This document shows, one piece after another, positions 59,313 to 64,000 of a stretch of 64,000 nucleotides of DNA. The translations under genes and the position numbers were made by a program. Position 1 is the stretch's first letter. Each line of letters starts with the position of its first letter. The stretch lies in NCBI RefSeq assembly GCF_963921235.1, contig NC_086100.1, forward strand, positions 11,160,001-11,224,000, written 5' to 3'. The notes beneath the pieces were generated by a model. It was not told where the DNA came from, made no database searches, and worked only from the letters and a program-made list of their open reading frames with translations. The stretch comes from Mobula hypostoma (lineage: Eukaryota).

Positions 59313-59944
59313 AGAACTCTACAGGATGGAAAGAGCTATATAGCCAAAGACTGAGAGGGAAGCAACAACTTCCAATGAGAGATGATGAGAAAGATTGTAG
59401 AATCTGGGTAGTCTTTGCTGCTGCCAGGGACCAGCAAAAGCCCATAATTCACTGGGCTGGCCAAGCTGCAATGAGGCTCTGTATCTCAGCAATAAACTGC
59501 TCACCTCTTCTCTCCAAGACATTTTGTGTGTATTGTTTCAATTGTTGTCTCTATAATAAATCACATGATCTGATTGCAGTAGGAGTGCCAGATTCCTTAA
59601 ACACATTTCCTGATCAGTAGCCTTTTTTAAAAAAAAGTTCAGGTGGTGTACATATCTTTTTAAGGTTTAGACTGGAGGACAAAGTGTTTCCGAAGTTACT
59701 GTTTCGTGGTGTAATATTATGTTGGATACCAGTGTAAACTCCAAGGTGTTTTTCCTCAGGTTTCTTCATGTTTTTATACTATTTTGAATAACATTTTCTA
59801 TTGCAGAAATACATTATCTTCAGCACTGGACATTTTCATGGTTATTGTAATTTTTTTTTGCCTTTTGGCCCACGGAGATAGAAAACAACTCTAACTTCCT
59901 AGACTGGTTTTGGAGTTCTAGTATTTTGATGTTGAGGTGCAGTG

Positions 59945-60500
59945 TTCTCTTAAAAGTCCTGAATGTATCTGTATCTACCACCACCCCAGGCAGCACATTC
60001 CAGGCACCACCATTCTGTATACTTAAAAAATCCTAGCCCCTCATATCTTTAAAGTTAACCCCTCTCATCTTAAATACATGCCCTCTGGTATTAGAAATTT
60101 CAACCCTGAGAAAAAGATGGTGTGTCTGCTCTATCTATGCCTCAAATAATCTTATAACCCCTATCATATCTCTCATAGGCCTATGCTACACCAGAGAAAA
60201 CAAACCAAGTTTATCTAACTAATAGCACATGCCCTCTAATCTAGGTAGTACCCTGGTAAACCTCTTCTGCACCCTCCAAAGTCTTACCATCCTTTCTATC
60301 ATGGGGTGACCAGAACTGTGTGCAATATTCTAGATGTGGCCTATTTAGAACTTCATAAAGCTGTAACATAACTTCCTGACTTTTGAACGCAGTGTCTCAG
60401 TTAACAAAGACAAGCATGCGAGATGCCGCCTTAACCACTCTATCAGTCTGTGTAGCCACTCACAGGGAGCAATGAACTTGGGCCCAAGACCTTTCTGCTT
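59945..60500 (-). mobile_element. Degraded CR1 3' part
   Basis: Reverse complement carries the gaatattgcacacagttctggtcacc and accagagggcat CR1 motifs. Confidence 0.75.
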
Positions 60501-60789
60501 TTGAATTGCCCGTTCACAATTTTCCAGATTAACGGCTGGGAGCCACTTGATCTTCACTGTGATGAATTGGTGCTAGCTGGTAGAGGCTAGGTTTCTGGTG
60601 ACTAATATTGCTGGCTCCTTTTAATTTGTAGGCAGCTTTAGTCTTAAACCTTATTGTCCCTTTCAACAAAAGGCTTGTACCTTATTTTCCCTTTCTTTAT
60701 TTGTAAAGTGCAAGAATAAAACTTGAGACAAGTGGAAATAATAGTATATTATCACACATTTAGCTTCACCCTGGCAGCAGAGAACTTAA

Positions 60790-61280
60790 TACAAACTTGA
60801 GGAACAGCTCCTCATGTTTCGCCTGGGTAGTCTACAATTCAATGGCATGAACATTAAGGTATCCAATGTCTGGTGAACTGCTCCCCATCTGTACCTTACA
60901 TGAGTTTTTCCTACACTTGTCTCAACCCCTAACAAGCTGTTTCTTACTCCTCCACCCTTTCCATCTGCTGCTCCTCCCCAGCTCCACCCTTTGATTCCAA
61001 ACTCTTCCTTCATCTCGCCATCTTCTGCACTTTTGTCACTTCTCCCATCACCATCCCGCTTCAGGCACCAGTTCCACTTTGGCCTTCCCACAAATTGGCC
61101 TGTCATTCCTCCTCACCTGGATCCACCTATTGCTTGCTGGCTTGAACCATATCTTCCCTTCACTTTTTTTTATACTCACATTTCCCTCCAGATGCCACCT
61201 GACTTGCAGTATTTCACCAGTGTACCTTGTGCAGGTTATCTCTGATAACTCAGTGGAATACTTCAGTCCAGGCTTCAACA
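60790..61280 (+). mobile_element. Old PLE 3' fragment
   Basis: KLEEQLLMFRLGSLQFNGMNI followed by a pyrimidine tract. Confidence 0.7.
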
Positions 61281-61349
61281 ATTGTTAGAAGATTGTTGTT
61301 CCTCCCCATGCCTTATGGTGCAGAAGACAGCAATCTTGCTGCTTTGTTT

Positions 61350-61497
61350 TTTTAGCATTTATGTCTGTTTATGGCTAAGTTGCTAGCTCAAAACTCAAAC
61401 CTGCACAGATGGAAAATGTGCAAGGAGGCAGCCGGGTTTGAACCTGGAACCACTCACCTTGAAGTCCGCTGCGGATGCCACTACGCCATTGGCCGGC
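61350..61497 (-). mobile_element. Short tRNA-derived SINE
   Basis: Minus strand has A box TGGCGTAGTGG, B box GGTTCAAACC and an A-rich tail. Confidence 0.7.
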
Positions 61498-62252
61498 AAT
61501 TTGGAAGATCTTTCGCCTGAAATATTAACTGTCTTTTTCCATGGATACTGCCTGACGTCCTGGGTATTTTTCATGCTTTCTATTCTTATTTCATATCTTC
61601 AGCACTTACAGAATCTTTTGACTTTCTTCAAGTCATTGCTGCATTCCCATCATTATAGTAGCCATTGCACTTCAAAGGTAATTGTGTGGGAACCACATTG
61701 AACAAGATTTTTGCAATATATTGTGCTGTACTGTTTCTGTTCAGTGTTCTGTAACATTTGCCTGGTCATGTAGTGGAATTTGCAATTATTACAGTTGATT
61801 GGATGATACCACAGCAACATACACATTCGCACAAGTGCAAGTCTGCACATGCATAGTTCTTTACATATAACTTGCACATTTTTCCCCCAAGGGTACAAAG
61901 TATTCACTGAAGGAGAAAATATTAAAAGTTGTATGCCATCAAAAAGGTGGAGGTGAACTGTTTCTTTTGCTGTTCTGCTTTGACACAACAGCTGAACACC
62001 ACAACATGGGCTTGCCTAAAAAGACATCTGGCTTATTTATCTAGTTCTAATGAGTGTACCCATTGAAGTTGAGTTCCATCAACACCTTGAACTTTATTTT
62101 GGATTCTCGTAATCAGGTTTTCATAGAAAATTTAGATGTGTCAAGAATCAATGAACTCTTAAGAGATAACTTTGCAATTACATTTGGCAAAGGTAAGCTT
62201 GTGGTAGGGTATTTAATTCAGCATTCTGCAAATTTGGTATGAACTTTAATAT

Positions 62253-63240
62253 CTGGGTGTGTGCTTAGCCCACTGCTCTACTCTTATATACACATGACTG
62301 TGTGGCTAGGCATAGCTCAAATACCGTCTATAAATTTGCTGGTGATGTAACCATTGCTGGTAGAATCTCAGGTGGTGACGAGAGGGTGTATAGGAGTGAG
62401 ATATGCCAATAGTGGAGTGGTGCTGCAGCAACAACCTTGCACTCAATGTCAGTAAGATGAAAGAGCTGATTGTGGACTTATGGAAGCATAAGACAAAGGA
62501 ACATATGCCAATTCTCATAGAGGAATCAGAGAGTGAGTAGTTTCAAGTTTCAAGTTCCTGGGTGTTAAGATCTCTGAGGATCTAACCTGTCTCAACATAT
62601 TGACGCAGTTATAAAGAAGGCAAGGCAGCACCTATACTTTATTAACACTTTGAAGAGATTTGGTATGTCAACAAATACACTCAAAAACTTCTATAGTTGT
62701 ACCGGGGAGAGCATTCTGACAGGCTGCATCACTGTCTGGTATGGAGAGGTTTCTGCACAGGACCGAAAGAAGCTGCAGAGGGTTGTAAATCTAGTCAGCT
62801 CCATCTTGGGTACTAGCCTATAAAGTACCCAGACCATCTTCAAGGAGCAGTGTCTCAGAAAGGCAGCGTCCATTATTAAGGACCTCCAGCACCCAGGGCA
62901 TGCCCTTTTCTCACACTTACCATCAGGTAGGAGGTACAGAAGCCTGAAAACACATTCAACGATTCAGGAACGGCTTCTTCCCCTCTGCCATCTGATTCCT
63001 AAATGGACATTGAATCTTTGGACACTACCTCACTTTTTTTTAATATACAGTATTTCTGTTTTTGCACTTTTTACAATCTATTCAATATATGTATGCTATA
63101 AATCATTTACTTATTTATTATTAGTGTTTTTATTTATTATTTTTTTCCTTTCTACTAGATTATGTATTACATTGAACTGCTGCTGCTGAGTTAACAAATT
63201 TCACGTCGCATGCCGTGATGATAAACCTGATTCTGATTCT
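62253..63240 (+). mobile_element. Rex1/Babar-type LINE 3' part
   Basis: GCVLSPLLYS, KKARQHLYF, ESILTGCITVWYG; aaacc(tgattc)n tail. Confidence 0.85.
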
Positions 63241-63289
63241 GCGTCTGCCTCTAAATCAGTTATCCCTCTTCTATCCTTTTGTCCATCTT

Positions 63290-63780
63290 CAAGTTCAAGA
63301 TTATTATTGTCTGACTGTACCATGTACAACCAAATGAAACAACATTCCACAGCGGATCCACGTATCATATATCACAGACAGCACATAAACCAAAATATAT
63401 TCTAAATAACTTTAATAAATTATAATTCAAAATGCATGTAGTAAAGCGCAACACAGGTAAACAGTAAGTAGTTTGGTATCCTAGTAACAAGACTTCAATA
63501 GTAGCAGTGTATCCATTAGTGCCTCAGCCTGAGGGAAGAAGCTTGTTACCCAGTCTGGCAGTCTTAGTCCTGATGCTTCTGTATCACTTTCCTGATGGTA
63601 GTGAGTCATGGAGATTGTGGGATGGGTGGTAGGAATCCTCCAATGATTTGGGCCCTTAGTCTGCAACATTCCCAGTAAATGTCACAAACAGGGGGAAAGG
63701 AAACTCTGATGATCCTCTTGGCGGTTTTTACTGTCCTCCGTTGGCTCTTGCAGTCCAGTATCTTGCATCAACTTGATCCA
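63290..63780 (-). mobile_element. Degraded Rex1/Babar-type 3' end
   Basis: Minus-strand LPSGK..RSIRTKT.RL..SFFPQA and a ttgaac tail. Confidence 0.65.
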
Positions 63781-64000
63781 TGCCCTGATCTTTATGCTGT
63801 CTATTTGAGAATTGTAGAGAGCAATTAAAAACCTATGAGATAAAGTTACCTGTTTGAAGTGATCTCCATCAAATATGTTGCTGCAGCAATAAAGTGGATC
63901 AGTTAGGGCACAGGACAGTATTGTAAAATACAGGCCCTTTGGTCCATGATGTTGTACCGACCTTTTAACCTACTCCAAGATCAGTTTAACTCTTCCCTCC

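Noticed and set aside
61420..61497. tRNA gene
   Set aside because: A and B boxes are present, but I could not build a convincing cloverleaf and it continues into a SINE body and tail.
39617..64000. PRKCI exon 2 or a neighbouring gene such as PHC3
   Set aside because: No matching peptide seen in the ORF track or by eye; a short exon could have been missed.

Overview
Repeat-dense vertebrate genomic DNA, most likely from a cartilaginous fish (inferred from the HER1/HE1-type CR1 tails and the repeat mix). It contains one recognisable host gene segment: the GC-rich promoter and first coding exon of atypical protein kinase C iota (PRKCI-like, + strand, 39537-39616). The remaining ~24 kb of the window is read as its first intron. 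Nearly everything else is nested transposable elements: CR1, Rex1/Babar, L1, Hero, RTE-derived pieces, Penelope-like elements (PLEs), three solo LTRs, Tc1/mariner derivatives and SINEs. Highlights: (i) a hammerhead-like motif whose core strands are in non-circularly permuted order at the 5' end of a Hero retrotransposon; (ii) a young PLE with an uninterrupted RT/GIY-YIG frame, plus many pLTR minimal hammerheads and tiny palindromic inserts whose arms start at the predicted ribozyme cleavage site; (iii) a 6.7-kb 5'-inverted L1 with a 16-bp TSD, into whose ORF1 stop codon an ORF1-only sister copy inserted antisense, forming a ~1-kb hairpin in the PRKCI intron. Repeat boundaries without a TSD are approximate, and family names come from motif recognition, not database searches.
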